Shown here piece by piece: positions 28,517 to 37,639 of a stretch of 64,000 nucleotides of DNA (position 1 is the first letter of the stretch; every line of letters begins with the position of its first letter). The stretch is from Pseudomonadota bacterium. GTDB taxonomy: Bacteria; Pseudomonadota; Alphaproteobacteria; UBA8366. The position numbers were made by a program, and so were the translations under genes. The notes beneath the pieces were generated by a model. It searched no databases and was not told the origin of the DNA. It saw nothing but the letters and a program-made list of their open reading frames with translations. The stretch spans positions 8,352 through 72,351 of the forward strand of contig JAYZET010000004.1 in NCBI GenBank assembly GCA_036337155.1, written 5' to 3'.

Positions 28517-28996
28517 CTATTCAGCTAATTTTTTTAACGCTTTCAGTTCGGTTTCCGCCAGAAAAAGTTCTAGACAGGGCGCGTCTATTTCCTTGCAAGC
28601 CAAGAAGTTTCGGCGTGCTGCTTCGATCTCTCCCCTGCTAAGATTCGCTGCACCGGCATAATAAGTGGCTTGGCATTTTTGGACTTTCGGTATGTTCTCT
28701 GAGATGAAATTGTCCAGGCTGCTCTTGCCGACGGCGAGAGCTATTAAATCGGCGCTCCAAGGATCAGATGGTTTAATTCGGTCAATCGCAATCTGTGCCA
28801 GCCAATATGCCTTTGCGAAGTCACCCAGTCGGCAAAGGCTGATCAGTGTGAGTTGCAGACCCTGTATTGCGCCCTTTTGGGAAGTTATAGCCTCTGCATA
28901 AGAGGCGAGTTTGGAAAAATTCCGTGCTAGGAAGGCCTCGACAAGTTCGTCGAACTTCGGAGTTTCCTTGGACACTAAAACCAGTTCTCCGGGCAT
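28517..28996 (-). CDS. hypothetical helical (TPR-like) protein, apparently co-transcribed with flagellin
   Basis: 159-aa ORF starting 25 nt after the flagellin stop on the same strand. It has a TPR-like segment (ATYYAGAANLSRGEIEAARRNFLACKE). I recognise no family. Confidence 0.5.
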   Translation of the reverse strand: MPGELVLVSKETPKFDELVEAFLARNFSKLASYAEAITSQKGAIQGLQLTLISLCRLGDFAKAYWLAQIAIDRIKPSDPWSADLIALAVGKSSLDNFISENIPKVQKCQATYYAGAANLSRGEIEAARRNFLACKEIDAPCLELFLAETELKALKKLAE

Positions 28997-29021
28997 GGCT
29001 GGTATCTTCGGTCGATGCTGC

Positions 29022-29834
29022 TTATCCGAATAAGCCTAAGACCGCTCGTTCGTTATCCGTTGAGATTCTTAAAGCGTTTGCGCCAAGTGCTTGGCGCGTC
29101 TGTAAGGACAGGAGACTGGCCGCTTCTTCGTTGAGGTCTGTGCGCGTCAGATGTGCAGCACCTTGCTCCAGCGTATTAGCTAGATTCTCAGTGAAATTGA
29201 CGCGGCTCTCCAACAGGCGAGTGTTTGACGCAAGCGAGTTCGAGTTCGAACGTATTTGTGTAAGTGCGCTTGATAAATCCGCCAGTGCGGCAACGATATC
29301 GGTGGCGCTGCCAAAAGTACGCGCCGAAAGTCCAATGCCGGCGCTGCTCGAATCCGCCCCTTGGACTACGAGGCTGGCGGCATCGTCGTCGAGCGCAATG
29401 TTGAGAGTATCTGGCGAAGGTTTGATTAGATTTATCCCACCGAAATTCGCATCTGTGGCGATGCGGTCGATCTGATTGCGGACCTGGTTGAACTGTTCTG
29501 CTAGCCGTGCCAATTCAGTCGAATCAGAAGCATTTTGCGCTTGAAGGGTAACCGCACGCGCCTGATCCATCAGGTCGCTGATCCCGCCTAGGCCCACACT
29601 CGCCGCCTGGATGGTGTTGATCGCTTGGCCGACCTGGTCCTTGATTTTGGTCAAATCTGTGGCTGATTTTGTAAGTGGGTGCGACGCAAAGAAATCCTGC
29701 GCTCCGTCCAGCCGATTGTTAACCCTAAGACCGGTGTTTAACCGGTCCATTGCTTGATTGGTTTGTTGGCTCACACGTTTCAGATTTTGAAGTGCGGATT
29801 TTGCCGCTGAGCTGGGGCCGACGCTGTCAACCAT
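29022..29834 (-). CDS. flagellin (short, Caulobacter-type)
   Basis: N-terminal ALQNL...RLNTG and a C-terminal TDLNEEAASLLSLQTRQALGANALRISTDNERAVLGLFG block match the flagellin D0/D1 helices. ATG at 29834 is preceded by GAGGAGA. Confidence 0.8.
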   Translation of the reverse strand: MVDSVGPSSAAKSALQNLKRVSQQTNQAMDRLNTGLRVNNRLDGAQDFFASHPLTKSATDLTKIKDQVGQAINTIQAASVGLGGISDLMDQARAVTLQAQNASDSTELARLAEQFNQVRNQIDRIATDANFGGINLIKPSPDTLNIALDDDAASLVVQGADSSSAGIGLSARTFGSATDIVAALADLSSALTQIRSNSNSLASNTRLLESRVNFTENLANTLEQGAAHLTRTDLNEEAASLLSLQTRQALGANALRISTDNERAVLGLFG

Positions 29835-29987
29835 AGGTATTCTCCTCACAACAATGCGCCAACCACACCTTCTGGTGCAGCGTTATCAGCGCAAAGTCCA
29901 TCCTCATCCAGTTTACATCTTAGACTAATATCGCAGAAAAAATCTATATCCAGTGTGATGATAGTCACCGTAGCTGAATATTAGGCA

Positions 29988-30824
29988 GTGTCTGGCAATC
30001 ATTCTTACGCTCTATATGTTCAACGCATGATCACTCTTGGTGGCGTCATCGCATTCGAATTTTTAAGCACAGCCGGATTCACATTCGTGCTGCTCGCCCA
30101 TTTTGGTGGTTTTTATATTAGGGGTGTATTCGGCTTTGGATCGAATATGCCAATCATACTGCTAACTACCTGGGTCCTTGGGCCTCATCACGCAATTTTG
30201 CTTGTCGCATTGGCATCTGGTATCGCGCAAATTCACCTGTTGCCCCAGGGGTTTCGAGACACCGATTGGCGAGTGGCCCGGGTGTTATCGCTCGGCATGA
30301 TGGGCGGGATAGCGCTCGGCGTTTGGGTTTTTGTTGGGATCGAGGCCAAATGGCTGGTTCTGTTACTTGGCGGTTTGATCATTGTAATTCTTCTGATGGA
30401 CCGGTTGCGATTAATTGAGCGCTTGCCCCGGAAATTTGACCTGCGGTCCTCGGTATTGGCAAGCGTGCTCGCAGTAATATCCGGCACGGTCGGAACAATT
30501 AGTGGCGGCGGTGGATTGTATTTTCTCGTCGCCTATCTGAAACTAGTTTGCACATCGCCGGCGACGTTACGTAGCACCAATGTGTTCCTGTCCGGTGTTT
30601 TCATGATTTTTAGGTTATTATTGCTCGCCTATGCGGGTCTCTTCACACCAGGATTACTATTGGAGGCTCTCATTATTTGCCCCGTAGTATTTTTGGGCAG
30701 CTGGGCTGGAACTTCCCTTTTCCGTTCGTCGAGCACAGAACACTTCTACCGTCTCCTTCAGCTTGTCCTTCTTGCTGTCGCCGCCGCGTTGTTCGTGAGG
30801 GGCCTCGTATTTCTAGCGGCCTAA
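29988..30824 (+). CDS. TauE/SafE-family (DUF81) anion exporter membrane protein
   Basis: Eight hydrophobic segments and GFGSN/GGGG-type glycine motifs. The start is ambiguous (GTG 29988 or ATG 30027). Confidence 0.7.
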   Translation: MSGNHSYALYVQRMITLGGVIAFEFLSTAGFTFVLLAHFGGFYIRGVFGFGSNMPIILLTTWVLGPHHAILLVALASGIAQIHLLPQGFRDTDWRVARVLSLGMMGGIALGVWVFVGIEAKWLVLLLGGLIIVILLMDRLRLIERLPRKFDLRSSVLASVLAVISGTVGTISGGGGLYFLVAYLKLVCTSPATLRSTNVFLSGVFMIFRLLLLAYAGLFTPGLLLEALIICPVVFLGSWAGTSLFRSSSTEHFYRLLQLVLLAVAAALFVRGLVFLAA

Positions 30825-30839
30825 ATCCGCTAGTTTCGG

Positions 30840-32807
30840 CTAACCGCCAAGCCACCACGGCATCTCGACTAACGCTTGCAGAATTCCTGGCGGGTACCGT
30901 AGCGTCAGAAAATGGGACATCAGGCCGAGAAACGCCACTCCGCTGATGCCAAGGGCTAACGCCTTTAGGTCTGAAACGTTCGTATGCCATCTAACAAAAG
31001 CGTATATGAACAATGCACAGCCGAATGGAAAACCGATGAGCGCGACGAGGCCCAGCATTCCGATTGTCCAGCCAAGATAGTAATATCCGCTGCGCTCGGA
31101 TTTATCGCCGAGTTCTAAGTCGTGCAAGATAGCCGACGGTACCTTGACGCGCATCATGGATGCGAGCAACGGTATAGCTAGCGCTAGCGCGACTATCGAA
31201 ACCGCCATCGGAAAAATCTTGCCCATAATGTGGTATTGGAGACTGCTTGCCAAAGCGAATACTGCGAAGCCCGTCATTGCAAAAGCGAAGATAAGCTGAG
31301 GTCTCTTCTGGCTGATGCCGTTTGGTCCACCTTCTTCATAAATTTTTCCGGTATTCGGTGAGAATCGCCAGGCCATGTAGATGGACGCTATCGTCAGGAG
31401 TAACAGTATGATTACAATCGGCCGCTCAAAGAAACTCAAACCATAGACCTGGCTCGCCTGATAAATTTTTGGCTCAAGCCGGGGTGCGAGGAAGTAACCG
31501 ATCAATAGCGCTGGGCGCGACCAACCGAAACGTTTCATAAAGATGCCGAGCGTTCCCATAGCCAGCAGTGCGATCAGGTCTTGCCAGTCGCGTGTTGCCT
31601 GAAAGGCTGCGAAGAAAATCAGCATGATCATGAACGGCGCTAGTAGTGAATAGCGGATCGTCGTTAATTTTGCGACGTGATTTGCGATGCCAAGACAGAC
31701 CAACGCGCCGAGGACGTTTGCTAATGCCAGCGACCAGATCATGACAAATGTCAGATTCAAATGCTCGGTCATCATTGTCAGGCCGGGCTCGACGCCCACG
31801 AGTACAAATCCACCAAGCAGGATAGCCATGCTGCCTGAGCCGGGTATCCCGAACAACAATGTCGGGATCAGTGCGCCACCCTCCTTAGCGTTATTGGCAG
31901 ATTCAGGCGCTAGAACGCCGCGGATATCCCCGCTTCCGAATTTTGCGCGATCCTTCGTAGTCTGAATTACGTGCCCGTAGGCGATCCAGTCGACGACGGA
32001 ACCCCCAAGCCCTGGCAGTGCGCCGACGATGCATCCGATTGCTGAACACCGGATGACGATCCACTTGTGGCGTATGGCGTCTTTAAGACCTTGCAGCCAA
32101 CCGTGCCCGAGGGTCCCGGTTTCCGAAATCGAGGTATTGCGACGCAGGAGGTCAACGATCTCTGGCAACGCGAACATGCCGAGCCCGACAATTACGATCG
32201 GTATGCCATCGCTTAGATAACTGGAGCCGAATGTCATTCGGAACTCGCCCGTCGCCGGGGCTGCGCCGATACTGCCAATCAGCAATCCAATTGCACAGGT
32301 TGTCAGACCCTTTAGAGCGCTTGTACCGGTGAGCATGCCGATCATGCTGAGGGCCAGTATTATGAGCAAGAGTTGTTCGCCGAAGCCCATTGCCAGAATT
32401 ATTGGGCGTGCTGCGAATACAGCACCGGTCAGTATGATCGCGCCAAATATACCACCGAAGAGAGAGGCCGAGAAAGCCGCACCAAGGGCACGTGCTCCCT
32501 CGCCCCGTTTAGCCAGTGGAAAGCCGTCTACTACGGTCGCTTGCGATCCGGCCGTGCCGGGTATACCCATCAAAACCGAAGGAAATGTATCTGACGTGAC
32601 GGTAGGTGCTAGAAGTCCGATCATCATTGAGAGCGCGTGCGATTCGTCCATTCCAAAGACGAAAGGCAAGACAATCGACAGACCTGCAATTCCGCCGAGC
32701 CCCGGTAAAATACCTACTAGTAGTCCCAGCAGTGTGCCTAGCGATAGAAAGAAAAGATGCGCTGGCGTAAACATCTCTACCAGCGCCTGAAAGAAGAACT
32801 CGACCAT
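30840..32807 (-). CDS. tctA: tripartite tricarboxylate transporter large permease TctA with C-terminal TctB-like extension
   Basis: The first ~495 aa match TctA (LGTLLGLLVGILPGLGG..., GIPGSGS...). An extra ~160 aa C-terminal module with 4 hydrophobic helices resembles the small TctB subunit. No separate tctB ORF lies nearby. Confidence 0.85.
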   Translation of the reverse strand: MVEFFFQALVEMFTPAHLFFLSLGTLLGLLVGILPGLGGIAGLSIVLPFVFGMDESHALSMMIGLLAPTVTSDTFPSVLMGIPGTAGSQATVVDGFPLAKRGEGARALGAAFSASLFGGIFGAIILTGAVFAARPIILAMGFGEQLLLIILALSMIGMLTGTSALKGLTTCAIGLLIGSIGAAPATGEFRMTFGSSYLSDGIPIVIVGLGMFALPEIVDLLRRNTSISETGTLGHGWLQGLKDAIRHKWIVIRCSAIGCIVGALPGLGGSVVDWIAYGHVIQTTKDRAKFGSGDIRGVLAPESANNAKEGGALIPTLLFGIPGSGSMAILLGGFVLVGVEPGLTMMTEHLNLTFVMIWSLALANVLGALVCLGIANHVAKLTTIRYSLLAPFMIMLIFFAAFQATRDWQDLIALLAMGTLGIFMKRFGWSRPALLIGYFLAPRLEPKIYQASQVYGLSFFERPIVIILLLLTIASIYMAWRFSPNTGKIYEEGGPNGISQKRPQLIFAFAMTGFAVFALASSLQYHIMGKIFPMAVSIVALALAIPLLASMMRVKVPSAILHDLELGDKSERSGYYYLGWTIGMLGLVALIGFPFGCALFIYAFVRWHTNVSDLKALALGISGVAFLGLMSHFLTLRYPPGILQALVEMPWWLGG

Positions 32808-32901
32808 GCGTCAGCGCCCGTATGGCGAACAAATTTACAAATAAGCAGGCGGCATCCGGCATGCTATGGCCGGATGCTGCCCTGTCTATTTTTTTGAGCT
32901 T

Positions 32902-34029
32902 CTACTTAATGTCGATTTGGTATCTATCCTTCACATATTTTGAAAGCCACTTCTTCGCATTTGGTGGAATTTGGGTGGCCTTGTCGCGTATTTCGTAGGC
33001 CTGATCGCCGATTGTTTGCCTGAACGGCCCGAAAATTTTCGCGCGTTTTGCCTTGAAATCTGCGTCCTGCATCATTTTACGGGCCGCCTTACGATAAGTT
33101 TCGACGATATCCTTCGATGTACCGGCTGGTAGATTCCACGATTTCGACATAGTAACGAGCATGTGGTACAGGGATATGAAGGCATCGTACCCGTCGCCGG
33201 ATGGCGCCTTACCGTGAACAGCCTTGTAGGCTTCGTTAAAGGTCGGGACGTTTGGCCACACTGGGTCGCGCACGATATTACCGTCGTCGTTGATCACACC
33301 GAATGTGTAGAACGGCACGGCGATGCCGTCTGCGTGCAGCTTTTTGCGATTATTTTTGTAAGACAGCGTGTTGTCAAAGTTGACCAAAAACTCGCCGCGT
33401 TCAAACGCAAGTGCCATTGGCCCATTGCCCTTCATGCCCCAGACGTCTTTTGTCTCAATACCAAGTAGGCTCAGCCCGACGCGTAGGCTCAGCCCCGCCG
33501 AAGTCGGCGTCTTGCCACCGAAGACTAGTTTTTCCTTTGGGAAGCTGCGCATTTTTTCGACCCTGCCCTTGAGGGTCGGGATGTCCTGGAGTCCGAGGTC
33601 CTTGCGGACGTACTGCATAGTACCACGGGGTGATAGAATAATTGGGATGAACTCGTTGAGTTTGAATTTCACCCGGGGATCTCCGAGTGCAAAATTCGAA
33701 ATTGTGGATGTGGATAAAGCAAAGACCCAGGTACCGTCTGCCTTTGCTTTCTGTGCGAAGTAATTTCCACCTAGTATGCCGCCAGCGCCCGATTTATTTT
33801 GAACGATAATCTTTGGGTTCCCTGGCAAATACTTTTGGAAATAAGGCAGCATGAAGCGGGTATAGCTATCGGTGCCGCCGCCTTCATTAAATGGCACGAC
33901 GATCGTGATCCGTTTGCCCGAAAAATCAACGGCAGAGGCCGCTCCGGACGCCATTAATACTAAAACGGCAGCGCTGGGCGCGATTGCTTTTAGCAAATAT
34001 TTTTTTATCAAACTCGTTCTTCGGAACAT
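32902..34029 (-). CDS. tctC: Bug/TctC-family tripartite tricarboxylate transporter substrate-binding protein
   Basis: Signal peptide (AVLVLMASGAASA) and a VPFNEGGGTDSYTR motif (family P-x-GGGTD-x-x-R). ATG 34029 has AAGGA 5 nt upstream. Confidence 0.8.
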   Translation of the reverse strand: MFRRTSLIKKYLLKAIAPSAAVLVLMASGAASAVDFSGKRITIVVPFNEGGGTDSYTRFMLPYFQKYLPGNPKIIVQNKSGAGGILGGNYFAQKAKADGTWVFALSTSTISNFALGDPRVKFKLNEFIPIILSPRGTMQYVRKDLGLQDIPTLKGRVEKMRSFPKEKLVFGGKTPTSAGLSLRVGLSLLGIETKDVWGMKGNGPMALAFERGEFLVNFDNTLSYKNNRKKLHADGIAVPFYTFGVINDDGNIVRDPVWPNVPTFNEAYKAVHGKAPSGDGYDAFISLYHMLVTMSKSWNLPAGTSKDIVETYRKAARKMMQDADFKAKRAKIFGPFRQTIGDQAYEIRDKATQIPPNAKKWLSKYVKDRYQIDIK

Positions 34030-34193
34030 TGGCATCCTTTCCAAGCATTTCGGTGTCGTAATCAATTTACGAAGCTATGTCGAATTTTTGAATTTAATAG
34101 GCTTCTGCCGTAAATGTATAGTTAGGAAGATTATGTTTCGAAAATAATAGAAATATCGTTGAAGTAAAAATTTTAAAAGGTAATGTAACGCTC

Positions 34194-34514
34194 ATGAATG
34201 AAGAATTTGTGGCTGCGAGCCTTAGGGCTCTTGGGCATCGAACAAGGCTTTCCATTTACCGACTTTTGGTCAAAGCGGGAGATAAGGGTCTGATTGTTGG
34301 TGACATTCAGAAAGTGCTCGGTGTGCCGGCATCGACGCTCTCCCATCATCTTGCAAAACTAGCCCGCGTCGGCCTTGTATCACAGGGACGGCGTGGTCGG
34401 AAAATTTGCTGCTGCGTCGATTACGACGAAATGCACTCCCTGATCATGTTCTTGACCGATGAGTGCTGCACAAGTGTGAACCTGGAGAGTGAATACGCCC
34501 AGGACGCCGCCTGA
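34194..34514 (+). CDS. ArsR/SmtB-family metalloregulator with C-terminal cysteine cluster
   Basis: Winged-helix core (LGHRTRLSIYRLL...STLSHHLAKLARVGLV) and C-terminal Cys residues (ICCCVDY...DECC). Confidence 0.85.
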   Translation: MNEEFVAASLRALGHRTRLSIYRLLVKAGDKGLIVGDIQKVLGVPASTLSHHLAKLARVGLVSQGRRGRKICCCVDYDEMHSLIMFLTDECCTSVNLESEYAQDAA

Positions 34515-34532
34515 ACAAACGGATATAAAGTT

Positions 34533-35573
34533 ATGACGGACATTTCATTTCACCTCAAGAATGCCGCCGGGTTCGGTCGTCGGATCGAGCGGACGTGGCT
34601 CGTGGTTCTAGGCATCTTCGTCGGATTGGCGGTCTTTGTGACGGACCAGGTGACGGCGAGCCTATCCTTCGTTGTGGGAGCGTTAACCGAGATCGGACCG
34701 TTCCTCGTGGTCGCGATCGGTATTGCCGCTTATGCACGTGCCAGCGGCGCGGATAACCTGATCGCCAAGGCGTTTGAAGGACGAAGTTCGACTATGATCG
34801 TCGCTGCAGCGATCTTCGGAGGTCTCTCTCCGTTTTGTTCCTGCGGCGTTATTCCAATGATCGCCGCCCTGTTGGTGATGGGCGTTCCAGTTCCGGCCGT
34901 CATGGCTTTCTGGCTCGCCTCACCTTTAATGGACCCGACTATGTTTTTCCTTACCACTGGGACGCTCGGCCTCGACTTTGCCATTGCAAAGACCATTGCT
35001 GCCGTCGGGATTGGTATGATAGGCGGCTTCGCGACAGCCTCTTTGATAGCTCGGGGCGCGTTCTCAATGCCACTGCGCGAGGGAGTTAGTAGTTGTGGCG
35101 GCTGCGGTACCCCGGAGATTGATGCGCAAGCCAAAGTCGTATGGAAATTTTGGAAGGAAAACGGCCGTAGGCAAAAATTCTACAAAGAATCGCGTTTGAC
35201 CACACTGTTTCTGCTGAAATGGCTGACCCTCGCCTTCCTGTTGGAAAGCTTGATGATAGCCTATATATCAGCCGATCAGATCGCTTTGCTGCTAGGTCAA
35301 GGCAACGCCTGGGCGATCCCACTCGCCACGATTGTCGGTGTGCCGGCGTATCTAAACGGTTATGCCGCACTACCGTTGGTCGCGGGCCTGATCAAGCTAG
35401 GCACTGCGCCCGGCGCGGGCATGGCCTTCCTGATTGCAGGCGGCGTTACTAGTATCCCTGCGGCCATTGCCGTCTATGCGCTGGTTAAGAAGCCGCTGTT
35501 CCTTTGGTATATTGTGCTGTCGCTAACGGGCGGACTGCTCGCCGGGCTTTTATTTCAGCTCTACGCCGGCTGA
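34533..35573 (+). CDS. ArsP_1/DUF318-family permease
   Basis: Polytopic protein with the SPFCSCGVIP motif typical of this permease family. Confidence 0.8.
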   Translation: MTDISFHLKNAAGFGRRIERTWLVVLGIFVGLAVFVTDQVTASLSFVVGALTEIGPFLVVAIGIAAYARASGADNLIAKAFEGRSSTMIVAAAIFGGLSPFCSCGVIPMIAALLVMGVPVPAVMAFWLASPLMDPTMFFLTTGTLGLDFAIAKTIAAVGIGMIGGFATASLIARGAFSMPLREGVSSCGGCGTPEIDAQAKVVWKFWKENGRRQKFYKESRLTTLFLLKWLTLAFLLESLMIAYISADQIALLLGQGNAWAIPLATIVGVPAYLNGYAALPLVAGLIKLGTAPGAGMAFLIAGGVTSIPAAIAVYALVKKPLFLWYIVLSLTGGLLAGLLFQLYAG

Positions 35574-35590
35574 CCCGCCGTGACGGGAAA

Positions 35591-35898
35591 GATGTCAAAA
35601 CCGGCCTGCCTGAACATCCAATACATAATATTGCCAAACGACAGATGGATGGTGGGTTTGGCGCCATGATGCCGATCTGGTTAAAGGGCGGCGCTCGAGC
35701 TGCGCTTGCTATCGTCAAGTCGTTAAAGCTCCTTGTGCCAGCGACTTCGCTTGGTGGAGTTGAAAGTCTGATCGAGCACCTGGCCACCGTCGAGGGTCCG
35801 GAAAGCCCGGTTCCAGATGATCTCTTTCGCATCAGTTTTGGAAAGAGGATACTGGCGACCTGATCGCCGATCTTGAACAAGCTCTGGATCAAGCATGA
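35591..35898 (+). pseudogene. 3'-terminal remnant of a Cys/Met-metabolism PLP enzyme gene (cystathionine gamma-synthase/beta-lyase family), frameshifted
   Basis: It reads GLPEHPIHNIAKRQMDGGFGAMMPIWLKGG...LKLLVPATSLGGVESLIEHLATV...LFRISFG, then after a frameshift near 35843 continues EDTGDLIADLEQALDQA-TGA. Only the last ~100 codons of a ~390-codon family are present. The shifted stop overlaps the aquaporin ATG (ATGA). Confidence 0.55.
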
Positions 35899-36560
35899 CC
35901 CACACATTCACGCAGAAACTCGGTGCCGAATTCATTGGTACCGCTGGATTGCTCGCAACCGTTATTGGTTCCGGCATAATGGGAGAGATGCTCGCGGCTG
36001 GAAACGGCGCCGTTGCGCTACTCGGAAATACGATTGCCACCGGCGCCATATTGGTCGTCTTGATCTGGATTTTAGGGCCGATATCCGGGGCGCACTTTAA
36101 TCCGGTTGTGACCGTCGCCTTTGCATTGCGCCGTGAGATATCACCTCACGACGCGGTTATATATATCTTAGTGCAGGTACTTGGTGGCCTGCTTGGCATG
36201 CTGGTCGCTCACTTGATGTTCGACATGGCGCTACTTCAAGAATCTGAAAAGGTTCGCACCGGGCTCGGTCAATGGGCGGCGGAAGGCGTGGCAACCTTCG
36301 GCCTCGTCGCGACGATTCTCGGCTGTCTCCGCGCCCGCCCCGACGCGGTGGCAATGGCAGTCGGGCTATACATAACGGCCGGGTATTGGTTCACAGCTTC
36401 GACCAGCTTCGCCAACCCGGCAGTCACCGTAGCGCGTAGCTTTACGAATACCTTCGCGGGCATTCAGGTGGCCGACGCCCCAGCCTTTATTTTAATGCAG
36501 ATCGTCGGTGGGGTAGTTGCAGTACTAGTCACGGAGTGGCTTTGGCGTGATGCGAACTGA
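35895..36560 (+). CDS. MIP-family channel (aquaporin/aquaglyceroporin, AqpS-like)
   Basis: Two NPx boxes (HFNPVVT and FANPAVT) and six hydrophobic segments. Confidence 0.9.
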   Translation: MTHTFTQKLGAEFIGTAGLLATVIGSGIMGEMLAAGNGAVALLGNTIATGAILVVLIWILGPISGAHFNPVVTVAFALRREISPHDAVIYILVQVLGGLLGMLVAHLMFDMALLQESEKVRTGLGQWAAEGVATFGLVATILGCLRARPDAVAMAVGLYITAGYWFTASTSFANPAVTVARSFTNTFAGIQVADAPAFILMQIVGGVVAVLVTEWLWRDAN

Positions 36561-36594
36561 CTTGGTTGCTAGCGGGCCGGCGCTTAGTAATAAC

Positions 36595-37479
36595 ATGATA
36601 AAAGAATACCGGCGGATCGAGGTGCGGCGGGTGACCCCAGCCGTGGGCGCGGAGCTCGCTGGTCTCGACATCGCGCAAGGCGTCGATGAAGAGACGTTCC
36701 GTGAAATTCACATGGCTCTCATGGAGCATGGTGTCGTCTTCCTGCGCGATCAAGATGTCACGCCGGAACAGCAGCGCGACTTTGCCGCGCGCTTCGGTCG
36801 CCTGCGCAAGGTTAGACGTTCCGCCTTCCTCGTGCAGAAGAATATTCCGGAAATGCACATCTTGGTGAACGACCGGGACCGGCCACCCAATGTCAATCAT
36901 TACCATTCAGATGGCATTTTCCGAGCTGAGCCGGAATTTGCTTCGATGCTGCGTGCGGTCGAGGTGCCGGATGCTGGGGGTGACACCATTTTTGTCGGAA
37001 TGCGGGCCGCTTACGACGATCTATCGGCCGACATGAAGGTTTATCTAGAGGATAAACAGGCGATCAATGATTTCATGAAACTACATGGCAGTCCTAAGAA
37101 GGCGCGAAGCTGGGAAGGTGACAATTGGGAGCGTATGGAGAGGTCCCGACGTGCCAATCCACCCGTTGCCCACTCCATGGTGAAGGTCCACCCAGTGACG
37201 GGCCGCAAGAGCCTCTACATTTCCGAGAGTTTTACCGCGAGCGTTGTCGGCCTTGGCGAGGATGAGAGCAAGGGCCTTTTGGATTTCTTGAACCGTCATT
37301 GCGCGCGACCGGAGTTCCAATGCCGGTTCCAATGGCGGCCGGGCTCGATCGCCTTTTGGGACAACCGAACGACCCAGCACTACGCGGTGGCAGACTATTG
37401 GCCGGAACACCGCCTAATGAACCGCGTCTCAATCGAGACTGATGCGATCGGGGGGCAAGCCGCCGCCACGACGGAGTAG
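36595..37479 (+). CDS. TauD/TfdA-family Fe(II)/2-oxoglutarate dioxygenase
   Basis: HSDGIF (H-x-D), later WDNRTTQHYA. ATG 36595 lies downstream of the aquaporin stop. Confidence 0.9.
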   Translation: MIKEYRRIEVRRVTPAVGAELAGLDIAQGVDEETFREIHMALMEHGVVFLRDQDVTPEQQRDFAARFGRLRKVRRSAFLVQKNIPEMHILVNDRDRPPNVNHYHSDGIFRAEPEFASMLRAVEVPDAGGDTIFVGMRAAYDDLSADMKVYLEDKQAINDFMKLHGSPKKARSWEGDNWERMERSRRANPPVAHSMVKVHPVTGRKSLYISESFTASVVGLGEDESKGLLDFLNRHCARPEFQCRFQWRPGSIAFWDNRTTQHYAVADYWPEHRLMNRVSIETDAIGGQAAATTE

Positions 37480-37639
37480 GACTTTTGCTAGCGACCGCTG
37501 GCGATATGTATCCGCCGGTTTCAACTAAAACAGTTCGATGCTGCTGTTATCTGGCGCCGCGATACAGAAGAGCAAGCAGCCGCCACTTATGCGTTCTCTC
37601 TGATGACTTAAACGTGTTCGAATTCGAAGCCGGGATTGT

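Noticed and set aside
28924-29475. 183-aa plus-strand ORF
   Set aside because: It is antisense to the flagellin gene. The flagellin frame has the conserved N- and C-terminal helices and a good SD.
37615-37626. 12-bp palindrome TTCGAATTCGAA between the convergent tauD-like and acyl-CoA ligase genes
   Set aside because: It is short, AT-rich and overlaps an EcoRI-type site. Chance occurrence is plausible, and there is no flanking U-tract or repeat.
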